DNA of 64,000 bases from a virus (IMGVR_UViG_2706796498_000001:1-64000); one strand, 5' to 3'. Counted from the stretch's first letter, positions 9,890-20,244 are shown. The notes: generated from the sequence alone by a model not told the origin. A program made the numbers and translations.

Positions 9890-10225
9890 TTACCCCCTAC
9901 AATCATTCCAAAAACAATCTTCCATATAGGGTTTGCCAAACTTGTTGAACATAAACTTACGCATAAACTTAGTTAAGTAGAAAACATAGCCAAACCCAAC
10001 AGCATTGCTAAGCACACCATAGTCGTTAACTTCAAAGCTATCCTCAAGTAGTATTTCATTATCATCATCATCTAAAGCGTAGTAGCTACCCTTGAAAGTG
10101 ATTGTATATATACTCTTAATAACATCAAGATGTTCAACTTTAAAGCCACAATACTGTGCAATGAACACTGAATATAACTCACCCAACTCATAACTATTTA
10201 ACTGATTAACATATTTAAGTTTCAT
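9890..10225 (-). CDS. hypothetical protein, paralog of 10228..10557
   Basis: MKLKYVNQL..EL..LY...KFGKPY..DCFW; start at 10225 after AGGGG. Confidence 0.7.
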   Translation of the reverse strand: MKLKYVNQLNSYELGELYSVFIAQYCGFKVEHLDVIKSIYTITFKGSYYALDDDDNEILLEDSFEVNDYGVLSNAVGFGYVFYLTKFMRKFMFNKFGKPYMEDCFWNDCRG

Positions 10226-10227
10226 AT

Positions 10228-10557
10228 TTAATAACCCCCTAAACCGTCCCAAAAACAATCGATAGCATATTGTTTCCCAAACTTCCAAACCATGTGCCTA
10301 CGATAATGCTGTGCCATCACCCAATTCGGATTATTTTCAGAATATACATTAAAATCATCAAGTTCAAGAGTAAAGAGAGCAGGACATTCTACATCTTTGA
10401 TAATACCCCTATCAAAGTTCCCCCTAATGGTAATCAAAGGTTGATCTCGGATAATTTGGCAATCACCATCAATTTTATCCACCCTGTAAAAGTCTTTAAC
10501 TAAGCATACATATAATTTTTTCAATTCATCATCAGTTAATTGTTCAACGTATTTCAT
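10228..10557 (-). CDS. hypothetical protein, paralog of 9890..10225
   Basis: MKYVEQL..EL..LY...KFGKQY..DCFW; start at 10557 after AGGGGGAG. Confidence 0.7.
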   Translation of the reverse strand: MKYVEQLTDDELKKLYVCLVKDFYRVDKIDGDCQIIRDQPLITIRGNFDRGIIKDVECPALFTLELDDFNVYSENNPNWVMAQHYRRHMVWKFGKQYAIDCFWDGLGGY

Positions 10558-10570
10558 AGTTCTCCCCCTA

Positions 10571-10852
10571 TTAATCATCACATAAACTATCACCAAAGAA
10601 CGCTTCTAGATACTGACCACACAGCATAGCTAGATTTCCAAACGATTCTAAACCGTCTTTATCAAAGACAACTGGTACTGGTTGATCAAGTTTAACAATG
10701 GTTACTGGTACACCACCAATAACCTGCATTGTAAATATGGTTATGTCGCCATATTTGATTTCAAACATTTCTTTGGTAACAATTCCAAGAGTTAATTCTT
10801 CATCAATTGCTTCCAGCTTCTTGTTAAACTCATCAACTAATTTCTGATTCAT
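10571..10852 (-). CDS. hypothetical protein
   Basis: GAGGTG RBS; family with 9594 and 20492. Confidence 0.7.
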   Translation of the reverse strand: MNQKLVDEFNKKLEAIDEELTLGIVTKEMFEIKYGDITIFTMQVIGGVPVTIVKLDQPVPVVFDKDGLESFGNLAMLCGQYLEAFFGDSLCDD

Positions 10853-10873
10853 ACTTAATCACCTCTGTAAAAT

Positions 10874-11041
10874 TCAAATAATTTTGAATAGTTTTGACAA
10901 GAGTTGCTTATCCTTACGCCTGACATACCTATTAGCGTCATGCTTGTGTTCCTTCATCACCTGCTTATCTGAATGTTCACCCCGCCACCAATATAGATAC
11001 CTGATAGAATCGTTATATCGTCTTTTACTTTTGCTTAGCAT
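10874..11041 (-). CDS. small basic hypothetical protein (55 aa, not in the track)
   Basis: MLSKSKRRYNDSIRYLYWWRG...; fills the operon gap. Confidence 0.55.
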   Translation of the reverse strand: MLSKSKRRYNDSIRYLYWWRGEHSDKQVMKEHKHDANRYVRRKDKQLLSKLFKII

Positions 11042-11058
11042 TACTAACCACTACCACC

Positions 11059-11313
11059 CTAAAAGTGATTATAAAATACGACAATTGGTAATAATTCAGT
11101 ACAAGACATAATTAAACCAGCTTTATACAGTTTCCACCAACTTTCTGTTGGGTAATTTAATTTCTGGCCATTAGCACTCACAAAGGCAAAAAGTGGTGAA
11201 AGTAAAATTACCACTAAACTACTAATGGCTAAAAGAATCAATGGTAATATACAAATTACAAAAGCCAATGACATATTACACCACCGTGCAATATTTTCTA
11301 AAGTTTCCTTCAT
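11059..11313 (-). CDS. membrane protein, paralog of 9337..9591
   Basis: GGGGAG RBS, upstream TTGACT..TGCTAT-like promoter; strong similarity to 9337. Confidence 0.75.
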   Translation of the reverse strand: MKETLENIARWCNMSLAFVICILPLILLAISSLVVILLSPLFAFVSANGQKLNYPTESWWKLYKAGLIMSCTELLPIVVFYNHF

Positions 11314-11428
11314 TTAATTAACTCCCCCTTTCCTAATTGATGATTTAAGTATAGCATATCAAGCCTAAAAGTCAATAGCTTTTATAAAATAAAAACTTCG
11401 ACTTACAATTATATTAAACTCGCAGGAG

Positions 11429-12406
11429 ATGATTAATGTGCAACAACTTTACAAGATAAGAAGCACTCACGAAATAGAGAATATAAAAGGTGGTGATTAC
11501 GACTGGTTAGAAATTACTAAGCCTGATGATAGCGATCTAAGCCTTGTACAAAAGCGAACTGGACTAGAGATTAGTACCTCAAAGCTCATTCTATCTAGCC
11601 ATGAAAGTAGCCATATCGAAGGGCTAACGGAACCAGACAAACCACTTATGATTGTACTCCAGTACCCCAAAATGGTCGAATCAAACCTAGGGGATTTCAA
11701 AGAGTACGCCACTAGCCCGATTATCCTGATTCTAAGTAATGATGGGGATAACAATGACCTGATTACAATCAGTAATCATGAGCCATCTTTTATAGCCAAG
11801 ATACAAGAAGATAGTAAAAGCTTAAAGGTTCCAATAACCAATAAGAAAGATATAATGCTTCTGGTTATCTATTATATGTCACAAGAATACAGAAGTATTC
11901 TAAGATCATTAAATAAGGACGCTAACAGCTTGGAGCAGTCACTTAAAACGGCGACAAACAATATTATATTTTATCATGTAATGTCAATTCAAAAGACGGT
12001 TTCTTCATTTCTGGATTCACTTGCTAATAACCAAAATATCTGTGAGAAAATAGAGAATGACGCTAATTACTTTGCATCTGAAAAGTACACAGAATTAGCT
12101 AGGTCTGCTAGTCTTGCCCTAGAAGAAACATCAGAAGCGGCTCGACACTTGGACTACATTTTAGATAAGTATACAAGTCTAGTATCGTCAATCGTTGGTA
12201 ATAACCAACTGGTTACTATTAACAAATTCACGGAGTGGGGTATCGTTCTTTCCTTTTTGAGTGCCTCTTTTGGCGCCCTTGGTATGAATTACTATCTTCC
12301 TGGAGAAAGCAGTCATGTTACTACCATTCTAGTTTTTGCTACAATCTTTGCTTCTTCAATTTGGCTAAGTAAGTATATTAGAAAGTTACTAAAGGGTAAA
12401 AAATAA
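11429..12406 (+). CDS. corA: CorA-family Mg2+/divalent cation transporter
   Basis: 325 aa; soluble N-domain, long helix, two C-terminal TMs flanking the GMN signature (GALGMNY). Confidence 0.85.
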   Translation: MINVQQLYKIRSTHEIENIKGGDYDWLEITKPDDSDLSLVQKRTGLEISTSKLILSSHESSHIEGLTEPDKPLMIVLQYPKMVESNLGDFKEYATSPIILILSNDGDNNDLITISNHEPSFIAKIQEDSKSLKVPITNKKDIMLLVIYYMSQEYRSILRSLNKDANSLEQSLKTATNNIIFYHVMSIQKTVSSFLDSLANNQNICEKIENDANYFASEKYTELARSASLALEETSEAARHLDYILDKYTSLVSSIVGNNQLVTINKFTEWGIVLSFLSASFGALGMNYYLPGESSHVTTILVFATIFASSIWLSKYIRKLLKGKK

Positions 12407-12451
12407 TAACAAAAGGCTGGTATTAACCGGCCTTTTTTATTACTTATTTTA

Positions 12452-12637
12452 TTATAACGAAAGAATTAGTGCAAAGATAGACCAGCCAATTATCCAGCCA
12501 TGAGCCTTAAAATAAATTTCTGCTACAATAAGGCCACAAATCCCACAGATCGCTAAGCCATGACCTAAGCCATCACCTTTAGAATCCGTTATGATTTTAC
12601 CATCAGAATCAATTATGATTTTGTTTTTAGAGTTCAT
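12452..12637 (-). CDS. small two-TM membrane protein
   Basis: ATG at 12637 after AAGGAAGG inside the promoter cassette. Confidence 0.7.
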   Translation of the reverse strand: MNSKNKIIIDSDGKIITDSKGDGLGHGLAICGICGLIVAEIYFKAHGWIIGWSIFALILSL

Positions 12638-12768
12638 TATTATTACCTTCCTTTTCTTTTTTGTTCTTGTCCTTTCGACAACTATACAATACCACAAGTA
12701 GAGATGATGTCAATACTTTTTGTTAAAAAATATAAAATAAAAGACTGGTATTAACCAGCCTCTTATAC

Positions 12769-14796
12769 TTACTTCTTAGCTCGGAAGAACCCTGTCGAGG
12801 GAGACGAGTTGCCAAACATACTTTGGTAGCCGCCCTCACACACAGATGGGTGACGGTCTATACAGTTGATAACTTTGGTATCAGACCCTTTCCATTTCTC
12901 TAAAAGGATCCCAGTATGTGGGTTAGCATTATTGATGACAATATCACCAGCTTTAGTATCGTCAGCACTAATTTGGTCGAGATATGGCTCCATTGAAAAA
13001 GTTGTCCACGGACTATCACTTGTTTGATACCCACATGATTTTAAAACGTACCATACAAAACTTGAGCAGTCTGCTGACCCATTATCCTTTGGTTTTCCAA
13101 TATCTCCAAAATTAGCCCGATTAGCTTGGGAGTAAGACCAATTCTTACCCTCCACCTTCTTAGCAAAGGAAACAATATCACCATCACTACCAGAAGATGA
13201 ACTAGAACTGTCTGAATCTGGTGTAGCATTCTCAACCGCCGCCGCTAAGGTCTGCTCCCCAAAGTACCCACCAACAAAGTTGGTAAAGGTGCCCCAAAAA
13301 GACCATTCATTTGAGAAACGCTTATTAGTATTGGTAATATCATCACCTAAAGGAACCCCCCGAGTAATGGTAAGAGTGACCATTAAACCGTTGGAAAAGT
13401 CAAAGCTGTACTGTTCACCCTCACAATAAAATTCCCAGTAAGTTCCGTTTGCTCGATCATAAAAGTAGATACGAGTACCAATAAAGTTATTCTCTTTAAA
13501 AGTGGTTTGCTCGCTTTCAAGTCCGGCAAAAGTTATGGTTCCTGAATAAAACTTAGCGTTATCCGCATACCAATTAAACAGCTTCTCACTATACCTGGCA
13601 AAGAAGAAATTAACGGAATCATTACCATTCATCGGAGATCCACTAACTCCATCTTCGGTATCAGTGATCTTATATTGACTTAGAATCTGGTTGTAGGCAC
13701 TTTCTGAAATGGTTCCCCCATTGTTAATTGCATACTCAACCATTTCATAAGCCTGTTTACTACCAATTGAATACCCCAATAAATTAATTAATTCACTAGC
13801 CGCCTTTTTAGGGTTTTGTTTCATAGCTTTATATGACTTCAAGTAAGTAGTGTCTTTAGCTAAATTAGTAGTCGTTGGTACATAATTCGGGGCAATAATA
13901 CTAAGATACTTAGTGGTACTCATTGAGTTTTTACTTAGCCACAATGAATTAGCCTGCTCCTTAGTAATGCCATAACTACTAATTGAATTAAAGAACGCCA
14001 CATTAGAATTGGTTGCCTTTAACGCATTCATTACCGCATTATAAGCGGTACTACCACCATACTCTTTCGGGATTGACAAGTTAGCATTAGAACCTTTACG
14101 CCCACTAGTAAGATAGAAAGCGTCCACAATGCTAGTATATGGGGGGTAGTGTAGTTGAGCCGTCTTATCCGTGTAACCCTTCATAGCTTCACTATCTGCA
14201 TATGTGGTTCCGGGAGTATGTGACTGACTATCTAATTCTAGCGTTTGACCATTAAAGTAATCTGTATTAGCTTCCATGAGCTTATAGCCATAACGGCGAA
14301 CTAACTCTATGTTAGTAAGTGGGTATAAATTAGCATTGATTCCTCCTGAATAAGTGGTGTCTCCAAGGTTTTGGGTAGGTGTAATCTTAAAGACTGCTGA
14401 TTGCTCACTATCACTATTTTCAATACTAATATCTGTAATTAATTCAGTTGGAATGGTGTTAGTAGTTAGACCCTTCCAATTCTCGGGGTCAAAAGGGGTT
14501 GGTCGATATACAAAAGTTGGAATCCCACGTACATTTGTCCAGAACATTTCATTAAATGGTTGAGAAGAAACATCTTTAATCATTTGTAAGATGGAACCAT
14601 TGTAGTTTGTATATGGGTTAGAAGTCCCAGTATCAGGAGGGTAACTTTCATCTAAGTTTTCCCATATATCAAACTCAACCAGATTTTGCATAGGAATATC
14701 ATCACCATCGGCAACCGCAAGTGGGATATTCATCATGTTAGCGTAAAGACTAGCGTTATTAGAACTAGAACTTGACTTACTATCTTTATCTGCCAT
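12769..14796 (-). CDS. baseplate hub, C-terminal part, with NlpC/P60-type peptidase (tail-associated muralytic enzyme)
   Basis: PFNEMFW..RPTPFDPENW hub motif; C-terminal ADCSSFV..GDIVI..HTGI. Confidence 0.8.
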   Translation of the reverse strand: MADKDSKSSSSSNNASLYANMMNIPLAVADGDDIPMQNLVEFDIWENLDESYPPDTGTSNPYTNYNGSILQMIKDVSSQPFNEMFWTNVRGIPTFVYRPTPFDPENWKGLTTNTIPTELITDISIENSDSEQSAVFKITPTQNLGDTTYSGGINANLYPLTNIELVRRYGYKLMEANTDYFNGQTLELDSQSHTPGTTYADSEAMKGYTDKTAQLHYPPYTSIVDAFYLTSGRKGSNANLSIPKEYGGSTAYNAVMNALKATNSNVAFFNSISSYGITKEQANSLWLSKNSMSTTKYLSIIAPNYVPTTTNLAKDTTYLKSYKAMKQNPKKAASELINLLGYSIGSKQAYEMVEYAINNGGTISESAYNQILSQYKITDTEDGVSGSPMNGNDSVNFFFARYSEKLFNWYADNAKFYSGTITFAGLESEQTTFKENNFIGTRIYFYDRANGTYWEFYCEGEQYSFDFSNGLMVTLTITRGVPLGDDITNTNKRFSNEWSFWGTFTNFVGGYFGEQTLAAAVENATPDSDSSSSSSGSDGDIVSFAKKVEGKNWSYSQANRANFGDIGKPKDNGSADCSSFVWYVLKSCGYQTSDSPWTTFSMEPYLDQISADDTKAGDIVINNANPHTGILLEKWKGSDTKVINCIDRHPSVCEGGYQSMFGNSSPSTGFFRAKK

Positions 14797-14807
14797 AACT
14801 ATGCCCC

Positions 14808-15809
14808 CTAACTATTGTCGCCATTATTGGCAATGCTATCCATGTATGCTGAATAGGTGTCCTCGCTAATCGCATTTCCCATTAGATCGCCCCACCAATC
14901 AACCTGAACCGCGGTAGAACGAGTTGTAATACCAATACCATATGAATTATCATTAACACTTTCAAAATCATAAGTATTACTCCCACCTTGATTTTGAAGG
15001 ATAAACCTATTAATAATCTGTTTGATGATATTGGCACTGGTATGATTACCAAAAGCAATCCCGGTCTTTTCATCATCGGGTAACATTTGATAACCACTTA
15101 GGTTAGCCGATAATTCACTAAAACTTGCTAACTGAATACTGGAAAGAATCTTTGCCATACCTTGACCAACAATGGTGTAGGTTGTTTGGTTAGAACTATA
15201 AGAAGTGTTTCTAGACAAAGACGAAATCAAACCATAGTAAATGTTGTACTTAATTGAATCAACTTGGGTATTGGCGTCCCCTTGAAAGTAAGAAATTGTA
15301 TCTTCAAATTCAGTCGAATAAGTAGTATTATCTCCACTACCACTAGTCTTTAACTGCCACCGCTTGTTAGCAAGAGAAACATTAGGTTTAAGACCATCAT
15401 TATTACCACTACTACCAACGGGTAAAACTAAATCAATACGAATTAAATCATTAACTGACAAAACAGAACTCCAATCGTATTGATCTCCAAGAGTGATAGT
15501 ACAAGTTGGAATATCATTACTCATCAAGTTCTGTGTTTGTAGACTGATAATGTCATCGATAAAATCTTCTCTGGCGCCATTAGGTAAGTAATGTGAGTAG
15601 TTGCGTGGAACCAAAGGATACGTTCCTTCAATGGTCGAGATAACTACTGATGGCACATAAGATACGCTGTGGGCATACCTTAAAGTTTCTTTGTCTGTTG
15701 GGCTTGCAACCGGGGTAATTTCCTCCGGTACAAGCATTAACTTACTTGATTCTGCTTGAGCATTACTACTATTATTTGAGTTAGAACTGCTCTTATTACT
15801 ATCAGCCAT
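14808..15809 (-). CDS. baseplate hub, N-terminal part
   Basis: ISLQTQNLMSNDIPT.TITL..W..LSVNDLIRI..GLISS..IVGQGMAK matches the N-terminus of Herelleviridae hub/tail lysin. Confidence 0.7.
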   Translation of the reverse strand: MADSNKSSSNSNNSSNAQAESSKLMLVPEEITPVASPTDKETLRYAHSVSYVPSVVISTIEGTYPLVPRNYSHYLPNGAREDFIDDIISLQTQNLMSNDIPTCTITLGDQYDWSSVLSVNDLIRIDLVLPVGSSGNNDGLKPNVSLANKRWQLKTSGSGDNTTYSTEFEDTISYFQGDANTQVDSIKYNIYYGLISSLSRNTSYSSNQTTYTIVGQGMAKILSSIQLASFSELSANLSGYQMLPDDEKTGIAFGNHTSANIIKQIINRFILQNQGGSNTYDFESVNDNSYGIGITTRSTAVQVDWWGDLMGNAISEDTYSAYMDSIANNGDNS

Positions 15810-15828
15810 TTAATCACCACCTTCTTAC

Positions 15829-16077
15829 TTAATCTAGCAAGTCGGGGTATGATTCTTTGATCTTGGCCATGCGTTCTTGAACATTATCAACTGTATAATC
15901 ATCGGCATAAAAGGCAGTGTAGGTATCGTCAACGAGTAAATGCTTGTCCTTTAAATTACATACGTTACCCACTCTGGCCCCAGTTACATTACACGCAATA
16001 GCGGCGTCCGCACGGGAACCATATCGATACCCCTTGTTGGTATGAATATTATATAAAATAGTAGCTCTCTTTTTCAT
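15829..16077 (-). CDS. small NUMOD1-like DNA-binding protein
   Basis: Y.S..DAA.ACNV....VGNVC HTH-like pattern. Confidence 0.5.
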   Translation of the reverse strand: MKKRATILYNIHTNKGYRYGSRADAAIACNVTGARVGNVCNLKDKHLLVDDTYTAFYADDYTVDNVQERMAKIKESYPDLLD

Positions 16078-17903
16078 GAAATGTCAAATCCTTCCTGTTG
16101 GTACTGACGATACCGTTCTTGAGCCTGACGGTACAATATATCGGAATTGGTATTAACTAGATCAAATACATAAACGTCATGTTTATCTTCTTGAATACGA
16201 AGAATCCGACCAATCCGTTGCATTAATGATACATAAGACTTACCACCACTACATTGAACAAATACCTGAATGTTAGGACAGTTAATACCTACTTCAAAAA
16301 TCTTAGTGGCAATTACAATTGGTAATTCACCACTCCGTACCCGATCTAAGACTTTCTCTCTAGTTTCGGTATCATCTTCACCTTTTACATAGTCATACTT
16401 AGCACCGAGTTTATCCAGTTTCTTGGCAATGTTCTCCCCGTGTTCCAGAGAATTAACCATCACCATAACTGCTTTACCATGCTTCTTAACCCGTTCACTG
16501 GCCTTAAAAGCAATGTTAGAAACCACTTGATTGTAGTATTCATTATCAATAACCCCTAAACGATAGGCTAGTTGGTAATTAACTAGATCACCAGTAATCA
16601 TTCCTCGATTAGCCCGGCGTTGTAGTTCAGCCCCTACTCGTTGTTCAAGATCAGTTGGCTGATCAACTTTAACCATCTTAATGTGAGGCTTAGCCGAGAA
16701 ACCCCGTTTAATCATCTCATCATTAGAAACATTAGCAATGGGCGTCCCTAACAAGGCTTTAATACGAACCATCTTTAACTTATCCTGTTTAGGCATGGTA
16801 CCAGTTAAACCAATCCGCATACGGGAATTATCCAATTCTTGAAAAATGTTCCAATAAGACTGGGCACCAGCCCCTTGACACTCATCAACAATAGTGGCAA
16901 TAACACTATTTAATAATTCCTTACATTCATCATATCGTTCAAATTCATCTTTATGATTCTTATATACTAACTTTTTGTATTTTTTATATAGGCCGTCAAA
17001 GTATTCTTTGGTTTGTTTTGAATTAGAAACTACTGAATAAATATCTTTTAAATCTTGGGGGTCGTCAGCTTGATACTTATACTTGGGCTTCAAGTTTAGT
17101 GCCAACAATTTTAAATTGGTATAAGGATCTCCATGATCGAAAATCATATTGCGATAAGTAACTGCAAACCGCTCTAAATGCTTATCTTTCTTCTTGGTTA
17201 ACTTAACCTCTGGTTTTTTGAGGGTTGAGTTAAGGGTCTGGTAAGTAGCAACAATAATTGGCTTAGTTAAATCCTTCTTACTATCACCCCAGATACCAAT
17301 CTTATCTTTACCTAGATACCGTTGGTAATCATGAAAAAGCTGGTTCATTACACTGGTGTTAGGTGCAATGAATAACAGCTTTTCATTATCCTTGAGGCGT
17401 TGCTCTAATAAAAACTTGAAGATACTAACGGCTACACTCGTCTTACCTGCATTAGTGGCTAACAAGACAATTCCTACTTGATTATCAAAAGCACTTCTTA
17501 CAGACGAATATTGGTAGTCACGCAAGGTTATATCCTTGCCATCACCCATTAAGTCCTTTAAATCAATTTGATCAGGAACTTTAACTAATAGTTGGGGCTT
17601 ACGTTGATCTTCATAGGAATACTGAAAGCCTTGGGGGACAATGGCAGTGTCCAATAGTTTAATTAACTCATCATATAAACCAGTGGGAACTAAATTATTA
17701 TCTAAGTCACAGACCTTTTCTCTGCCATCGAAAATTCTGTTACCGTACTTATCCCTCATATTATAGGCTTTCATATGATAACGTTGTGGATTAAGAGGAT
17801 CTAAAGTATTATGAATTTGTTTCTTAATCCACTTAACCTCTTTATCAGGTAGATCTTCAAACACTAATTTAATGTTAATGTTGCCAATTAATAACTTAAT
17901 CAA
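16074..17903 (-). CDS. superfamily 2 DNA helicase (UvsW-like)
   Basis: LRDYQ Q-motif, ATNAGKT, DECQ, TGT, QRIGRILR. Confidence 0.9.
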   Translation of the reverse strand: MIKLLIGNINIKLVFEDLPDKEVKWIKKQIHNTLDPLNPQRYHMKAYNMRDKYGNRIFDGREKVCDLDNNLVPTGLYDELIKLLDTAIVPQGFQYSYEDQRKPQLLVKVPDQIDLKDLMGDGKDITLRDYQYSSVRSAFDNQVGIVLLATNAGKTSVAVSIFKFLLEQRLKDNEKLLFIAPNTSVMNQLFHDYQRYLGKDKIGIWGDSKKDLTKPIIVATYQTLNSTLKKPEVKLTKKKDKHLERFAVTYRNMIFDHGDPYTNLKLLALNLKPKYKYQADDPQDLKDIYSVVSNSKQTKEYFDGLYKKYKKLVYKNHKDEFERYDECKELLNSVIATIVDECQGAGAQSYWNIFQELDNSRMRIGLTGTMPKQDKLKMVRIKALLGTPIANVSNDEMIKRGFSAKPHIKMVKVDQPTDLEQRVGAELQRRANRGMITGDLVNYQLAYRLGVIDNEYYNQVVSNIAFKASERVKKHGKAVMVMVNSLEHGENIAKKLDKLGAKYDYVKGEDDTETREKVLDRVRSGELPIVIATKIFEVGINCPNIQVFVQCSGGKSYVSLMQRIGRILRIQEDKHDVYVFDLVNTNSDILYRQAQERYRQYQQEGFDIS

Positions 17904-19027
17904 TCACTTTCCCTTGCTTTCATTAGGTAGTTGAGTGCGGACTTTGTAACCTCGGGGTATTTATCCTCACAATAGGACTTAACTAATTCATAGTCACTTG
18001 CATTGTGTTCTAATTCCTCGTCTAAGGCGTTTTCAGACGTTTTAGCAGGGCTAATGGATAATTGTACATGAGCTTGGTTAAAGTCCTTGTATGGGCCACT
18101 CATGAACTCTGACAGGGTATCATTATCACTGAACACTAACTTGAGGTAATTATCCTTGGCTAATTCCTGATATGCTGATACCTTGCTTTCATCATAATCA
18201 AATTGATTAAAGGTAGGATATAGCTTAGACAGATTAACAAAGGTATGCTTACCAGTTAATGTATCAATCTCATCAAAGCCCCGATCAGCCCCACTACCAT
18301 CTTTATTTAGATCATTAAAAGATAAACCCAGTAAATCTCCAACATACCACGCTGGCTTGGGTTGCTTCTTAATAAAGTAACGGTTGTGGTAATGTCCTAA
18401 GATAACGGCTTTAACATTAGGCTGGTCATAGCCTAGATCAGATAAACTATAAGCACCCTCTAGTCTATGTTGCCAACGCCCTTGGACACCACCTTCAACA
18501 CCAGTATGTGCAAAGACAGTAGTCGGACCTTTCATATATTTGATGGATTCTTCAATGTCCTTCTTACTCTGTTCTACATTCTCTGTGTAGGGAACAAAAA
18601 ATAACTTTGAACCATCATTAAGATTAAAGGACTGGACTTTATTAATTACAACAAAACGGCTGTCTAAATAGGGTAAATCAACTAACGAATTAGGGTGTAC
18701 ATCACGCCCCAACTCATCATGATTACCAACATTAAAATATACCTTTGCGTCCTTTGGTAAATTAATCGCACAACTAGCAAGCCAAGCCCGAATATAAGCT
18801 AAGGTAGCTGGGTTATCCCGTTGGCGCTTATCAAATAAGTCACCATTAATTACATAATACATAATACCACGGTCTCGACCGTAACAGAAAAAATAAGATA
18901 AAGCACCTAACAGACATTCAAGCCGGGAACCAGTTTGTGGTTGACCTGAAATTTCTTCATTAAAAGCATTGTAGTTAGTTAAGTGAATATCACTAGCAAC
19001 TAGCAACTTCATCGGCTTCACCCCCAA
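17900..19027 (-). CDS. SbcD/Mre11-like metallophosphoesterase nuclease subunit
   Basis: SDIH, GDLFD, GNHD, AH and GHYH motifs. Confidence 0.88.
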   Translation of the reverse strand: MGVKPMKLLVASDIHLTNYNAFNEEISGQPQTGSRLECLLGALSYFFCYGRDRGIMYYVINGDLFDKRQRDNPATLAYIRAWLASCAINLPKDAKVYFNVGNHDELGRDVHPNSLVDLPYLDSRFVVINKVQSFNLNDGSKLFFVPYTENVEQSKKDIEESIKYMKGPTTVFAHTGVEGGVQGRWQHRLEGAYSLSDLGYDQPNVKAVILGHYHNRYFIKKQPKPAWYVGDLLGLSFNDLNKDGSGADRGFDEIDTLTGKHTFVNLSKLYPTFNQFDYDESKVSAYQELAKDNYLKLVFSDNDTLSEFMSGPYKDFNQAHVQLSISPAKTSENALDEELEHNASDYELVKSYCEDKYPEVTKSALNYLMKARESD

Positions 19028-19029
19028 AA

Positions 19030-19416
19030 CTATGGTAATTCAATGTGTGGTGTTACCTTAACAACTGCAATTCCTTCTTTACCCTTATAGGTTGCATTGA
19101 AAGAAAGCGATTTAATCTTACCTGCCAACCGCTTACCAATGGAACCACGAGAAGAACCCAAGGCTGATTCAGCTTCGCTAACATTGCTAAAGACCAATTC
19201 TTGGAATTTAAGACCGGAATCTAGCGGGGCAAAACTAATCTTAACTCCACCCTTTTGTCGCTTAGTTTGACCTTGCTTCAACTCATTGCACAATGCTTGG
19301 GTTTCCTTAGCCTTTTGCTCTAAATCATCTAACTTCTTAGTTAGCTTATTAATATCCTCTAACATCTTTGGAACTTGGTCACTCAACTTGTTTACTAATT
19401 CTGCTTGATTATCCAT
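19030..19416 (-). CDS. coiled-coil plus NUMOD1-like hypothetical protein
   Basis: heptad N-terminus; F.NVSEAESALG.SRGSI. Confidence 0.6.
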   Translation of the reverse strand: MDNQAELVNKLSDQVPKMLEDINKLTKKLDDLEQKAKETQALCNELKQGQTKRQKGGVKISFAPLDSGLKFQELVFSNVSEAESALGSSRGSIGKRLAGKIKSLSFNATYKGKEGIAVVKVTPHIELP

Positions 19417-19461
19417 TTTACAGTCCTTCTTTCAATTTTTATTAATTCAATAGTCTAGCGA

Positions 19462-19752
19462 CTACTTTGCCTTATCGTCAATCATGTGTTTTAATTCTCT
19501 AAGTAAAGCCTTCCTATTAGTTTTATTACATCGAAGGTCGCTTCGACGAGAATCTAAAAATCGAATCATACTAACTTCGTGTTCACTCAAAAACATCTCA
19601 AAATTTTGCATACAATCTTTGCATAAATCAAAGGGGCAATAGTAACTTTCGTAGTAATCATTATTAACGTGCATATCTATCCAGAAGTCACCATCAGCTT
19701 TTCTTCCACACACATCACAAATATACTGTGTTTCAGTTACTTGTTTTTCCAC
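19462..19752 (-). CDS. Zn-finger hypothetical protein
   Basis: CDVCG...DLCKDC. Confidence 0.7.
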   Translation of the reverse strand: MEKQVTETQYICDVCGRKADGDFWIDMHVNNDYYESYYCPFDLCKDCMQNFEMFLSEHEVSMIRFLDSRRSDLRCNKTNRKALLRELKHMIDDKAK

Positions 19753-19952
19753 TATTCTTCTCCTTTATTTAGTTTTCGCCCACACATTGGACAAAAATTC
19801 AGTAGTCGTTCATAGCATGACACTGCGCCATCATCACCAAAAACAACGGTTCCATCATTACTAATGGCTAAGAAGTCACTACTGCCTTCAATAATAGACC
19901 TCATGATTCTTTTATCTGGCGAACAGTATGGACAATTTTTATTGTTTTCCAT
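19752..19952 (-). CDS. Zn-ribbon hypothetical protein
   Basis: CPYC...NFCPMCGRKL; start at MENNK after GGAG. Confidence 0.7.
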   Translation of the reverse strand: MENNKNCPYCSPDKRIMRSIIEGSSDFLAISNDGTVVFGDDGAVSCYERLLNFCPMCGRKLNKGEE

Positions 19953-20244
19953 TCTTATCTCCTTTAGTTGTCTCTGCATTATTTAATTGTGTAACCTTGA
20001 AACATTCGTTTTGAACCTTGTCGTATACGTCAACATACATTTCACCCTTATCTCCATTAAACGTGCATTCAAAATAATGATCGGTAAAGCAAGTTCCTAG
20101 GAGTACCTTACGGTTCTGTAAGGTCTTAGAGTACCAAACAACGAAAATGTCATTGTAACTGATACCGTCCATATCTTCAACATTGTGCCATAGCCATTGT
20201 AGAACTTTATACTTTGCAAAACTAATAAACCTTTGACCAGTCAT
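19939..20244 (-). CDS. conserved phage protein (DUF6275-like)
   Basis: VVWYSKTLQN.K.LL.T....YFE.TFNGDK.EMYVDVY.K..N motif. Confidence 0.7.
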   Translation of the reverse strand: MTGQRFISFAKYKVLQWLWHNVEDMDGISYNDIFVVWYSKTLQNRKVLLGTCFTDHYFECTFNGDKGEMYVDVYDKVQNECFKVTQLNNAETTKGDKNGKQ

